From assembly GCA_022820645.1 (NCBI GenBank), contig JAJEFD010000006.1, forward strand, positions 79,537 to 143,536: 64,000 bases of DNA, given 5' to 3'. The notes under the pieces are model-generated. The model searched no databases and was not told the DNA's origin. It worked only from the letters and a program-made list of their open reading frames with translations. A program made the translations under genes and the position numbers. Below are positions 8,219 through 17,325 of the stretch, piece after piece. Position 1 is the first letter of the stretch; every line of letters begins with the position of its first letter. The DNA comes from Dehalococcoidia bacterium. GTDB lineage: Bacteria; Chloroflexota; Dehalococcoidia; Lucifugimonadales; Australimonadaceae.

Positions 8219-9391
8219 GTGTTCCTCTCCGCCGTCGGCAGGATCAAGATAGGCTCCCTCCGCATCGAGACGCCCGACGGCGGCAGGTCCTACTCCTTCG
8301 AGACGACCGCCCCCGGCCCGCAGGGTGAGCTCCGGATACACGACGATTCGTTCTACCGGCGCGTGCTCACGGGGGGCGAGGTCGGCTTCGGCGAGGCGTA
8401 CCAGGACGGCATCTGCGATTCGCCGAACCTCGAGCAGCTGATCAGGCTGGCGATACTCAACCGGCAGGCGGTGGACTTGAACAAGGGAGCGATGCGCCTC
8501 CTCTCCAAGCGCTCCAACCTCCGGCTCCACCGCTCCCGCGCCAACACGAAGGAGCAGAGCAAGGACAACATCCACGCGCACTACGACATCGGCAACGCGT
8601 TCTTCCAGCTCTTCCTGGACTCGACCCTCACCTACTCCAGCGCGGTCTTCGCGTTCGAGGGACAGCTGCTCGCCGACGCACAGGCCAACAAGTACCAGCG
8701 CATGTGCGAGTTCGCGGGCATCACGGCTGAGAGCCGCGTGCTGGAGATCGGCAGCGGCTGGGGCGGATTCGCCATGCACGCGGCGCGCGAGTTCGGCTGC
8801 CACGTCACGACCGTCACCATCTCGCAGGAGCAGTTCGACCTCGCCTCGGAGCGTATCGCGGAAGCGGGGCTGAGCGACCGCATCGACATCCGCCTCATGG
8901 ACTACCGGGACGTCCAGGGCACGTTCGACAGCATCGTCTCCATCGAGATGTTCGAGGCCGTCGGCGCAGAGTTCTTCGAGACGTTCTTCCTCAAGAGCGC
9001 GTCGCTGCTGAAGCCGGGCGGCAAGCTGGCGATGCAGGTCATCACCGTGCCGGACCGGAACTTCGAGGCCCAGAAGCGCGGCGTGAACTGGATACAGAAG
9101 TACATCTTCCCCGGCGGCGTGCTGCCGTCGCTCGCCGCGATGGAGCAGGCGAACGCCCGCACGGGGCTCATCATCGCGTCCGTCGACCACATCGGAAAGC
9201 ACTACGCCGTGACGCTGCGGCAGTGGCGCAAGACGTTCTGGGACCGCATCGAGGAGGTGCGCGCCCTGGGCTACGACGAACGCTTCGTCAGGACGTGGGA
9301 CTACTACCTCGCGGCCTGCGAGGCCGGTTTCCTCACGAGCACCACGGACGACATCCAGATCGTCTTCGAGAAGCCCGCCCTCGCCGCCTGA
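8219..9391 (+). CDS. cfa: Cyclopropane-fatty-acyl-phospholipid synthase
   Basis: AHYDIGNAFFQLFLDSTLTYSSAVF, SAM motif VLEIGSGWGGFAMHAA and a C-terminal YYLAACEAGF block. There is no ATG before the conserved core. Start set at the first in-frame GTG after the upstream stop; the true start lies somewhere in 8126-8219. Confidence 0.8.
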   Translation: MFLSAVGRIKIGSLRIETPDGGRSYSFETTAPGPQGELRIHDDSFYRRVLTGGEVGFGEAYQDGICDSPNLEQLIRLAILNRQAVDLNKGAMRLLSKRSNLRLHRSRANTKEQSKDNIHAHYDIGNAFFQLFLDSTLTYSSAVFAFEGQLLADAQANKYQRMCEFAGITAESRVLEIGSGWGGFAMHAAREFGCHVTTVTISQEQFDLASERIAEAGLSDRIDIRLMDYRDVQGTFDSIVSIEMFEAVGAEFFETFFLKSASLLKPGGKLAMQVITVPDRNFEAQKRGVNWIQKYIFPGGVLPSLAAMEQANARTGLIIASVDHIGKHYAVTLRQWRKTFWDRIEEVRALGYDERFVRTWDYYLAACEAGFLTSTTDDIQIVFEKPALAA

Positions 9392-9405
9392 CCACGACTT
9401 GCCTC

Positions 9406-10356
9406 CTAGGTTGTGCCGCCTGGCGCGGGTAGTTCATAACGTTGCGTGAGCCTCCGCAGCCAATCGCCCCGGGAACGGCTGCTTAGGAACTCGCGTCCCC
9501 CGAAGTATCCCCACCGGTTCGGAGGACGGTACAAGCTCCATGGTGGCTCCATGCGACCGGTGTGGACCCCGAGGCTTTCTTCGACCCAAGATGCGGGCGG
9601 GTCCCAGGCAGAGAAGTCCCATTGGCCGAGCCTGCTCTGGAGGAGTTCTCCTCCGTTCTCTTCGAGCCACGAGCGTTCCGGTTCAGACATACCAAGCACC
9701 TGTGAGTCAGTAGCGCCCGGGACCACGGCCGCTGAGAACTCAGTTGCCAGGCATTCGTCGAGGAATCGCTCTGCCAGCGGCAGCCTGTTCAGGGTCGCCC
9801 AGAATGACCAAGGCTCAATGCTTGAACAGACCCTTGGGACTGGGCTGCTGGTTCCAGGAGTGGAGTAGCGCAGGGCGTGAGCGATCTCATGGCCTAGCCA
9901 CACTGGTATCGAATCGACGCCCATGTCCAGATAGCCCGAACGCGAACCGGGCTTCAGGAAGTGTTCTAACCACAGGAAGGCCAATCCCCTCTCACGCCAG
10001 AGGCCTTGTGAGGCATTGCTCATCCCCAGACCAACCGAGACGACGATATCCACTTGGTCGATATGGACGCCAAGCAAACCCTCGGTACGCTGAATGGCCC
10101 ACGTCACTAGTCGCCTCCAAGTTCCCTCCTCGACGAGCGCCAATAGGGGCTTTCGGATATCTTGCAACGCTGCGAGGCGAGGCCCCACCAGCTCATGCCA
10201 TCTGTTGTCTTGCGGAGTCGACCCGAGTCCCGAAAACCCGACCTGCACCCAAGGCGGGGCATCTCGGACCCATCTGGTGAAGGCCTGTAATGGATCAGGA
10301 GCGTTCAGCCAGGACATGGCCTGATCTGTGTAGTCGAAGAGATTCATGGTATACAT
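9406..10356 (-). CDS. Putative Zn-metalloprotease (HExxH = HEIAH), possibly DUF2268-like; lower-GC gene
   Basis: 316-aa ORF with WLGHEIAHALRY. Hand-counted GC is about 57-63%, against about 68% in the flanks. The family assignment is a guess. Confidence 0.45.
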   Translation of the reverse strand: MYTMNLFDYTDQAMSWLNAPDPLQAFTRWVRDAPPWVQVGFSGLGSTPQDNRWHELVGPRLAALQDIRKPLLALVEEGTWRRLVTWAIQRTEGLLGVHIDQVDIVVSVGLGMSNASQGLWRERGLAFLWLEHFLKPGSRSGYLDMGVDSIPVWLGHEIAHALRYSTPGTSSPVPRVCSSIEPWSFWATLNRLPLAERFLDECLATEFSAAVVPGATDSQVLGMSEPERSWLEENGGELLQSRLGQWDFSAWDPPASWVEESLGVHTGRMEPPWSLYRPPNRWGYFGGREFLSSRSRGDWLRRLTQRYELPAPGGTT

Positions 10357-10715
10357 GCGTATCAGGTGTATCGCTAACCAACCAGTGGTGGCAAGACTTG
10401 ATTCATCGCGAAGCTTCCATTGAGCCCACCTTGGGATTCTGGTGACATCTGCCCCTTACGCCGACGCCCCGCGACTCCGTACGCTGTCTCCGGAGGACAG
10501 CGCAATGCCGGCGCCACGCAAACCCCGCCGAAGGACTACTCCGCACGAGCGGACCGGAATGAGCGGTTATGGACCGGTTTCGACCCTGAATGGGCTGCCG
10601 ATAGGCTGCTTTGGGCCGCCGGACAGCCCATTCCTGAGCCGTATCCAGAGGTGAGATCAAGCGGAGGGGCCGTTTTGGACCGCATTTCCCCCCGGGACTT
10701 CGCTACCTGCTCCCC

Positions 10716-10745
10716 CATCATTCCCGCGAAGGCGGGAATCCAGAG
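10716..10745 (+). repeat. Family A palindromic repeat copy
   Basis: catcattcccgcgaaggcgggaatccagag. Same core as 2701..2730. Confidence 0.8.
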
Positions 10746-10900
10746 GTGCGCATAGCGCACACGGCCGCGCGGTGAGGGTGGCAAAGCACATGCCGCCGAC
10801 CAGTGACACGCGGCCCTTGCGCGGTTCCATGCGGCACGCAGACCATGCCGAAGAGGCGGACGCGCACTCGTAGGCACTCGTGAATGGATGCCCTGAGTGA

Positions 10901-10945
10901 TACCATATCTAGTGGGGAATCTATGGAAATCCACTAGATATGGGT
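10901..10945 (+). promoter_or_regulatory. Tandem NrdR-box-like operators
   Basis: taCCATATCTAGTGGg (10901-10916) and tCCACTAGATATGGgt (10930-10945) are exact 13-bp inverted copies with centres about 29 bp apart. They resemble the NrdR consensus acaCwAtATaTwGtgt and overlap the -35 of the nrdA promoter. Confidence 0.6.
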
Positions 10946-10973
10946 TGACGGGCGGCTATCGACGGCGCATACT
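10945..10973 (+). promoter_or_regulatory. Putative nrdAB promoter
   Basis: TTGACG-17 nt-CATACT, about 70 nt upstream of ATG 11042. Confidence 0.4.
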
Positions 10974-11041
10974 TGCCGTCCGTCGCACTGGAACGAGGGC
11001 AGTCAGACGCCGCTGGGAGGGCGGCTTCGGAGGCTTTTGAA

Positions 11042-13441
11042 ATGACTTACGTGGTGAGTACCGACCAGTTCAGCGCGGGAACGCCGGAGCAGACGTCAGC
11101 GGACGCAGCAGTGTCTACAACCATGCACGTCCGCAAACGGAACGGTGGGCTCGAGCCCGCCGACGTGATGAAGATCGTGCGCGCGGTGGAGCGCTCCTCC
11201 GGAGAACTGGAGAGTGTCGACCCGCTGCGCGTCGCCACCCGCACCATCAGCGGACTGTACGACGGCGCGACCACCAGTGAGTTGGACGAACTCTCCATCC
11301 GCACCGCCGCGTCGCTCATCGCAGAGGAGCCGGAGTACTCCAAGCTCGCCGCGCGTCTCCTTGCCGTCTTCATAGACAAGGAAGTGCGCAACCAGGACAT
11401 CCACTCCTTCTCGCAGTCGGTGAAGGCGGGGCACGCCCTCGGCCTCATCGACGACCGCGTCGCGGAGTTCGCCGCGGTCAACGCGCGCAAGCTGGACGAC
11501 GCCATCACCCCGGAGCGGGACAAGCTCTTCGAGTACTTCGGCATCCGCACGCTGTACGACCGCTACCTGCTCAAGCACCCGGAGAGCAGGCACAGCATCG
11601 AGACGCCGCAGCACTTCTTCCTGCGCATCGCCTGCGGGCTCGCGGAGAGCCCCGCCGACGCTATCGAGTTCTACGAGCTGATCTCCCGGCTGGACTACAT
11701 GCCGAGCTCGCCCACGCTGTTCAACTCCGGCACGCGCCACTCCCAGATGTCGTCCTGCTACCTCCTCGACTCCCCCGAAGACGACCTGGAGGCCATCTAC
11801 AACCGCTACACGGACATCGCCAAGCTCTCCAAGTTCGCGGGCGGCATCGGCGTCTCCTTCTCGCGCGTACGCTCGCAGGGCTCCCTCATCAAGGGGACGA
11901 ACGGCACGTCCAACGGCATCGTGCCGTGGCTCAAGACGCTCGACTCCTCCGTCGCCGCCGTCAACCAGGGCGGCAAGCGCAAGGGCGCGGCGTGCGTCTA
12001 CGTGGAGAGTTGGCACGCGGACATCGAGGACTTCCTCGAGTTGAAGAACAACACCGGCGACGAGTCCCGCCGCGCGCACAACCTCAACCTCGCCAACTGG
12101 GTGCCGGACCTGTTCATGAAGCGCGTCGAGGAGGACGGCGTCTGGTCGCTCTTCGACCCGAAGGCGCTGCCCGAGCTCGTGGACACCTACGGCGACGAGT
12201 TCGAGCGCATCTACATGCAGGCCGAGGCCGAGGAGCGGTACGAGCGGCAACTCCCCGCGCGTGAACTGTACGCACGCATGATGCGCACACTCGCGCAGAC
12301 GGGCAACGGCTGGATGACCTTCAAGGACACCTCCAACCGCAAGTCCAACCAGACGCTGCGGGGCGAGAACGTCATCCACCTCTCCAACCTCTGCACGGAG
12401 ATCCTCGAGGTCACCAACAAGGACGAGACCGCGGTCTGCAACCTCGGCTCGCTCAACCTCGGCCACTTCGTCACCGACGAGGGCACGTTCGACTACGAGC
12501 GCCTGAACCGCGCCGTGAAGACCGCCGTGCGCTACCTGGACCGCGTCGTGGACATCAACTTCTACCCCACCGACGCTGCCGCTTACTCCAACAGCAAGTG
12601 GCGGCCCGTCGGTCTCGGCGTCATGGGACTGCAGGACGTCCTCTTCAAGATGCGGATGCCATTCGACAGCAACGAAGCGGTGAACCTCGCCGCGCGCATC
12701 CAGGAGGAGGTCTACTTCGGCGCGCTCGACACCTCCTGCGCACTGGCGGAGGAGCGCGGGGCGCACGAGACGTTCAAGGACACGCGCGCGGCCAACGGCG
12801 AACTCCAGTTCGACTTCTGGGGCGTCGCGCCCAGCAAGCCGGAGTGGCCGGATCTGCGGGAGCGCATCAAGCGCTTCGGGCTGCGCAACTCGCTGCTCAT
12901 CGCCATCGCGCCCACGGCCACCATCGCCTCCATCTGCGGCGCCTACGAGTGCATCGAGCCCCAGGTCTCCAACCTGTTCAAGCGCGAGACGCTCTCCGGC
13001 GAGTTCCTCCAGATCAACCACTACCTCGTCAACGACCTGAAGGAGCGTGGGCTCTGGACGGAAGCGATACGCAACCGCATCAAGCTCAGCGACGGCTCCG
13101 TGCAGTACGTCGACGACATCCCCGACGACCTGAAGCGGCTCTACCAGACCGCTTGGGAGCTGCCGCAGAAGGCGCTCATAGACATGGCCGCCGCCCGCGG
13201 CCCTTACATCGACCAGAGCCAGTCCCTCAACCTCTTCATGGCTGCGCCGACCATCGGCAAGCTCTCCTCCATGTACCTCTACGCCTGGAAGACCGGCCTG
13301 AAGACCACCTACTACCTCCGCTCCCGCCCGGCGACGCGCATCACCCAGACGACCATCGCCGTCGCCGAGAAGGAGTACGCGGACCAGGATGCGATCGCCT
13401 GCTCCCTGGAGAACCCGGAGACCTGCGAAGCCTGTCAATAG
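11042..13441 (+). CDS. nrdA: Ribonucleoside-diphosphate reductase, large (alpha) subunit, class I
   Basis: Degenerate ATP-cone (VRKRNGGLEPADVMKIVRAV), catalytic blocks SSCYLL, NLCTEI and PTATIAS, and a C-terminal Cys pair (CSLENPETCEACQ). Start moved to ATG 11042 (RBS GGAGG 8 nt upstream), because the track's TTG at 10973 lies inside the predicted -10. Confidence 0.9.
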   Translation: MTYVVSTDQFSAGTPEQTSADAAVSTTMHVRKRNGGLEPADVMKIVRAVERSSGELESVDPLRVATRTISGLYDGATTSELDELSIRTAASLIAEEPEYSKLAARLLAVFIDKEVRNQDIHSFSQSVKAGHALGLIDDRVAEFAAVNARKLDDAITPERDKLFEYFGIRTLYDRYLLKHPESRHSIETPQHFFLRIACGLAESPADAIEFYELISRLDYMPSSPTLFNSGTRHSQMSSCYLLDSPEDDLEAIYNRYTDIAKLSKFAGGIGVSFSRVRSQGSLIKGTNGTSNGIVPWLKTLDSSVAAVNQGGKRKGAACVYVESWHADIEDFLELKNNTGDESRRAHNLNLANWVPDLFMKRVEEDGVWSLFDPKALPELVDTYGDEFERIYMQAEAEERYERQLPARELYARMMRTLAQTGNGWMTFKDTSNRKSNQTLRGENVIHLSNLCTEILEVTNKDETAVCNLGSLNLGHFVTDEGTFDYERLNRAVKTAVRYLDRVVDINFYPTDAAAYSNSKWRPVGLGVMGLQDVLFKMRMPFDSNEAVNLAARIQEEVYFGALDTSCALAEERGAHETFKDTRAANGELQFDFWGVAPSKPEWPDLRERIKRFGLRNSLLIAIAPTATIASICGAYECIEPQVSNLFKRETLSGEFLQINHYLVNDLKERGLWTEAIRNRIKLSDGSVQYVDDIPDDLKRLYQTAWELPQKALIDMAAARGPYIDQSQSLNLFMAAPTIGKLSSMYLYAWKTGLKTTYYLRSRPATRITQTTIAVAEKEYADQDAIACSLENPETCEACQ

Positions 13442-13582
13442 GCAGGCCCCACCGGACGAGCCCGCCCTGCGGTCAGCGGCGCGGGCTCGTTCGCGACGAT
13501 ACGTCCGCACCCTGCAGGGACGTGCCGCTCCCGCAGGAGTGCAGCAGATGCGGCATACGCGAACAGAACACGGAGACACGCG

Positions 13583-14581
13583 ATGATCCTCGAACCAGGA
13601 CTCAACCTCACGCTCCGGCCCATGCGCTACCCGGACTTCTACGAGATGTACAAGAACGGGATACGCAACACGTGGACCGTCGACGAGGTTGACTGGTCGG
13701 ACGACATCAAGGATCTGACCGGGAAGCTCTCCCCACCGGAGCAGCACCTCATCCAGCGGCTCGTCGCGTTCTTCGCCACCGGCGACTCCATCGTCGCCAA
13801 TAACCTCGTGCTCAACCTCTACAAGCACATCAACGCGCCGGAGGCGCGCCTCTACCTCTCACGCCAGCTCTTCGAGGAGGCCCTCCACGTCCAGTTCTAC
13901 CTGACCCTCCTCGACACCTACATCCCGGACGTGGACGAGCGGCACGAGATGTTCCGCGCCATCGAGACCATCCCCTCCATCAAGCAGAAGGCCGACTTCT
14001 GCTTCAAATGGATCGACTCCATCCACGAGCTCGACACGCTGGACACGGACGAGCAGAAGCGCCAGTTCCTGCTGAACCTCATCTGCTTCGCCACCTGCAT
14101 CGAGGGGCTCTTCTTCTACGCCGCATTCGCCTACGTCTACTTCATGCGCTCCAAGGGGCTGCTGAACGGGCTGGCGTCCGGCACCAACTGGGTGTTCCGC
14201 GACGAGTCCGCACACATGGAGTTCGGACTGCAGGTCGTCCGCACGGCGCGCGAGGAGTACCCGCACCTGTTCGATGAGCGCATGGAGGAGCAGGTCACGC
14301 AGATGATCCAGGAGGCCGTCGACTGCGAGACGCAGTTCGCCGAGGACCTGCTGGAGGGCGGCGTCGCCGGTCTCACCGTGGTGGAGGTGCGCCAGTACCT
14401 CCAGTACGTCGCCGACCAGCGCCTCACCAACCTCGGCCTGCCGACCTACTTCGGCACGCGCAACCCGCTCACGTTCATGGAGCTGCAGGACGTGCAGGAG
14501 CTCTCCAACTTCTTCGAGCGCCGCGTCTCCGCCTACCAAGTCGCCGTCACCGGCCAGGTCGCCTTCAACGAAGAGTTCTAG
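13583..14581 (+). CDS. nrdB: Ribonucleoside-diphosphate reductase, small (beta) subunit
   Basis: Diiron/tyrosyl-radical R2 signature: FFATGDSIVANNL, EEALHVQFY, FYAAFAYVYF, RDESAHMEF. 332 aa, directly downstream of nrdA. Confidence 0.9.
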   Translation: MILEPGLNLTLRPMRYPDFYEMYKNGIRNTWTVDEVDWSDDIKDLTGKLSPPEQHLIQRLVAFFATGDSIVANNLVLNLYKHINAPEARLYLSRQLFEEALHVQFYLTLLDTYIPDVDERHEMFRAIETIPSIKQKADFCFKWIDSIHELDTLDTDEQKRQFLLNLICFATCIEGLFFYAAFAYVYFMRSKGLLNGLASGTNWVFRDESAHMEFGLQVVRTAREEYPHLFDERMEEQVTQMIQEAVDCETQFAEDLLEGGVAGLTVVEVRQYLQYVADQRLTNLGLPTYFGTRNPLTFMELQDVQELSNFFERRVSAYQVAVTGQVAFNEEF

Positions 14582-14587
14582 AGGCCC

Positions 14588-15946
14588 TCACTCCAGGTCC
14601 ACCAGCCCGTCCGCGTCGCCGACGCCGCTCTCGACCGCCGCCTTACCCACGGCGTACGCCACCCTCCGGTGCACCTCCGGGTCGAGCGCAGTGGGACTGA
14701 GGTCGCCGTGGGGGGTCACTTCCATGAGCGCCTCGCCCGCCGCGATGAGCATCGAGCGGTTGATCTCGCTGGCCTGCGTGCTGAGCGCCCCGCGCCAGAT
14801 GCCCGGGTAGCCCAGCAGGTTATTCACCGTCGTTCCGTCGGCTGCGAGCGCCGCGCCCGCTTCGATCGCATGCGCAGGCCGTATCTCCGGGTCCGGGTTG
14901 GAGAGCGCGAACACCACCTGCCCGCTCCGCACGGCTTCCGGTGCGATGAGGCCCGGCACGCCGGTCGTCGATATCACCACGTCTGCTGTCGCCATGATCT
15001 CGTCCAGCGAGGCCACGCGTCCGCCCTGCTGTTCATGGCGGGTGATGCAGTCCTCGTTCACGTCCGCACCCAGCACCGGCCTGCCGGTGGCGTGCATCAG
15101 GAGCGACGCCACGGACTGCCCCGCCGCGCCGAGGCCCACCTGACCTATCGTCACGTCGGACAGGCGCTTGCCGGTCGTCCGCATGGCGCTCATCAGCGCA
15201 CCGAGCACGACCGCTGCAGTGCCGTCCTGGTCGTCCTGCATCACGGGGATGCTGAGCCGCTCGCGCAGCTTCGCCACGATGTCGAAACAGGCGGGCGCGG
15301 CAACGTCCTCCACGTGGATGCCGCTGTACGTCGGCGCGACGCGCACGACGGCCTCGACGAACTCGTCGGCGTTCGAGGCTTCGATGAGGAGCGGTGCGCC
15401 GTTCACCCCCGCGAACTGCTGCAGCAGCGCAGCCTTACCCTCCATGACCGGCATCGCGGGCGCGAGCCCGATCCGCCCGAGGCCCAGCACCGCAGTGCCG
15501 TCCGTCACGATGGCGACCGTGCTGCCGATGGACGTGAAGCGCCGCGCGAGGCTCGGCTGCGCATGGATGGCGCGGCATATCTCCGCCACCCCGGGCGTGT
15601 AGACCTTTCGCAGCATCGCGATGTCCGCGACCGGCTGGCGGCTCACGATGGCGATCTTGCCGCCCTGATGCAGGTCCATCACCTCGTCGCGCGTCTCGGT
15701 GACGCGCACGCCCTTCACCTGCCCTACCGCGCGCAGCACCTCCAGCAGGTGTGTCTCGTCCTCCACGTGCACGTCGATATCGCGGAGCACGTAGCTCTGG
15801 CTGAGGTGGACGGTCTGGATGTTGCCGATATTCGCGCCCGCGCTGCCGATAGCCGACGCAAGCGCGCCCAGCACGCCGGGGATGTTCTCGTTGCGCACCT
15901 GCACGGTGCGGATCAGGCCGTAGTTCGTCGTGTTGGTCGCGACCAT
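14588..15946 (-). CDS. NAD(P)-dependent malic enzyme with an N-terminal ACT domain
   Basis: ACT-like N-terminus (VQVRNENIPGVLGALASAIGSAGANIGNIQ) followed by malic-enzyme blocks VYTPGVAEIC, VTDGTAVLGLG, MEGKAALL and GLGAAG. Start at MVATNT, which has RBS AGGAGG. Confidence 0.8.
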   Translation of the reverse strand: MVATNTTNYGLIRTVQVRNENIPGVLGALASAIGSAGANIGNIQTVHLSQSYVLRDIDVHVEDETHLLEVLRAVGQVKGVRVTETRDEVMDLHQGGKIAIVSRQPVADIAMLRKVYTPGVAEICRAIHAQPSLARRFTSIGSTVAIVTDGTAVLGLGRIGLAPAMPVMEGKAALLQQFAGVNGAPLLIEASNADEFVEAVVRVAPTYSGIHVEDVAAPACFDIVAKLRERLSIPVMQDDQDGTAAVVLGALMSAMRTTGKRLSDVTIGQVGLGAAGQSVASLLMHATGRPVLGADVNEDCITRHEQQGGRVASLDEIMATADVVISTTGVPGLIAPEAVRSGQVVFALSNPDPEIRPAHAIEAGAALAADGTTVNNLLGYPGIWRGALSTQASEINRSMLIAAGEALMEVTPHGDLSPTALDPEVHRRVAYAVGKAAVESGVGDADGLVDLE

Positions 15947-16032
15947 GCTGCGCCTCCTGTCGTGGGGGAGAAAGCCAGTATCGCACCGACGCGCTAGAAT
16001 CGCTGCCACCTACGGATGCACGGAGTTGCGCG

Positions 16033-16905
16033 ATGCCGAACGTTACAGTGGACGGAGCCGCCATCGAGTACGCGGAGGCAGGCAGCGGCCTGCCCCTCGT
16101 CTTCTGCCACGAGTTCGCGGGCAGCATGGAGAGCTGGGAGCAGCAGGTGAACTACTTCTCCCGCCGCTACCGCACGGTGACCTACAACGCGAAGGGCTAC
16201 CCGCCCTCCGAGGTCCCGGCGGACTGGGAGGAGTACACGTGGGACCACCAGGTGGCCGTGCTGCTGGGACTGCTCGACGCGCTGGGCATCGAGCGTGCTC
16301 ACGTCTGCGGGCTCTCGATGGGCGCGTACACGGCGGTGCAGTTCATGCTCGCGCACCCGGAACGCTGCCTCAGCGTCGTCGCAGCAGGCGTCGGCACCGG
16401 CAGCGACGACCCGGCGTCGTTCCTGACCGAGTCCGAGGAGCGCGCAGGGCTGCTGGAGGCGAACGGCATGGCGGGTATGGAAGCGTACCTTTCAGGCTCG
16501 ACACGCATCCGTTTCCGTGAGAAGGACCCCGCGGGCTGGGAGCGGTTCGCCGCGCTCTTCCTCGCGCACTCGGCCACGGGCTCGGCCAACACACTGCGCG
16601 GCTTCCAGGGCAGGCGTCCCAGCCTCTACACCCGCGAGGCCGACCTGGCGGCGCTCGACGTGCCGCTGCTCATCGTCTGCGGCGACGAGGACGACCCATG
16701 CGTGGGGCCGTCACTCTTCCTCAACCGCACGGTGCCGAACTCCGGGCTCGCGATGCTGCCCCACACGGGCCACGCCTGCAACCTCGAGGAGCCTGCCGCA
16801 TTCAACGCAGCCGTCGCCGAGTTCCTCGCGCAGGCCGAGGCAGGGAAGTGGGGACCGCGCCCCGAAGACAGCGGCGACAACTGGGCCGCGTCGCCCGCCC
16901 GGTAG
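16033..16905 (+). CDS. Alpha/beta-fold hydrolase
   Basis: Nucleophile elbow GLSMG, an HE-type oxyanion region (VFCHEFAG) and a C-terminal His (PHTGHACNLE). Confidence 0.75.
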   Translation: MPNVTVDGAAIEYAEAGSGLPLVFCHEFAGSMESWEQQVNYFSRRYRTVTYNAKGYPPSEVPADWEEYTWDHQVAVLLGLLDALGIERAHVCGLSMGAYTAVQFMLAHPERCLSVVAAGVGTGSDDPASFLTESEERAGLLEANGMAGMEAYLSGSTRIRFREKDPAGWERFAALFLAHSATGSANTLRGFQGRRPSLYTREADLAALDVPLLIVCGDEDDPCVGPSLFLNRTVPNSGLAMLPHTGHACNLEEPAAFNAAVAEFLAQAEAGKWGPRPEDSGDNWAASPAR

Positions 16906-16912
16906 AAGCGCG

Positions 16913-17311
16913 CTAGTCGTCGAGAACGGCGAACGCCTCGATCTCGATGAGGTACTCAGGCTGCGCCAGCGCGCGTACGATGACCATCGAACTCGCTGGC
17001 GTCGGAGCGTCGCCCCAGCACTCGTTCTGCGCGGCGCGCGCCGCCGGCAGGTACGCCTCCGACGTGACGAAGATGGTCACCTTCACGATGTTGGCGAACG
17101 TCCCGCCGACCGACTCGATGGCGGTCCGCAGGTTCTCATAGACCTGCCGGCACTGCGCAGGCGCGCTGTCGAGTCCGATCACCTTGCCGTCCGGCCCGCG
17201 CGATGTCTGCCCCGCTATCCAGACGAGGTTCCCCCATCGCACGACGTGGGAGTAGCGCCCGCCCGGCGGCGGCGCAAGCGCCTCCGGGTTGGTTCGTTGG
17301 ATATCAGGCAT
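16913..17311 (-). CDS. RidA/YjgF-family (Rid) protein
   Basis: MPDIQRTNPEAL...YSHVVRWGNLVWIAGQT...NIVKVTIFV...IEIEAFAV. Start has RBS AGGAGG. Confidence 0.75.
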   Translation of the reverse strand: MPDIQRTNPEALAPPPGGRYSHVVRWGNLVWIAGQTSRGPDGKVIGLDSAPAQCRQVYENLRTAIESVGGTFANIVKVTIFVTSEAYLPAARAAQNECWGDAPTPASSMVIVRALAQPEYLIEIEAFAVLDD

Positions 17312-17325
17312 CGGGACCTCCTGCC

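Noticed and set aside
10357-10972. Cobalamin riboswitch or another known riboswitch upstream of nrdAB.
   Set aside because: I looked for a B12 box (rAGYCMGgAgaCCkGCc-like) and the GGTG...GGGAA core and found neither. The predicted promoter leaves only a ~60-nt leader. An unrecognised RNA cannot be excluded without a covariance-model search.
10973-11041. TTG start at 10973 for nrdA, as given in the ORF track.
   Set aside because: It falls inside the predicted -10 hexamer (CATACT, 10968-10973) and lacks an RBS. ATG 11042 has GGAGG 8 nt upstream.
13456-13490. Hairpin ACGAGCCCGC...GCGGGCTCGT between nrdA and nrdB as a terminator.
   Set aside because: It has a 10-bp stem but a 15-nt loop and no U-tract, and nrdB must be co-expressed with nrdA. 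It is more likely an intercistronic processing or stability element, so it was not called.
11096-13828. 910-aa ORF antisense to nrdA, and similar very long ORFs: 20483..21724, 60786..62990, 23974..25929, 27035..29479, 39701..41839 (upstream part), 18781..20316, 22685..24199.
   Set aside because: They lie opposite or out of frame to genes with clear family signatures. Their translations are Arg/Ala/Gly/Pro/Asp-rich low-complexity strings with no motifs. This is the classic stop-codon-poor shadow effect of ~68% GC DNA.
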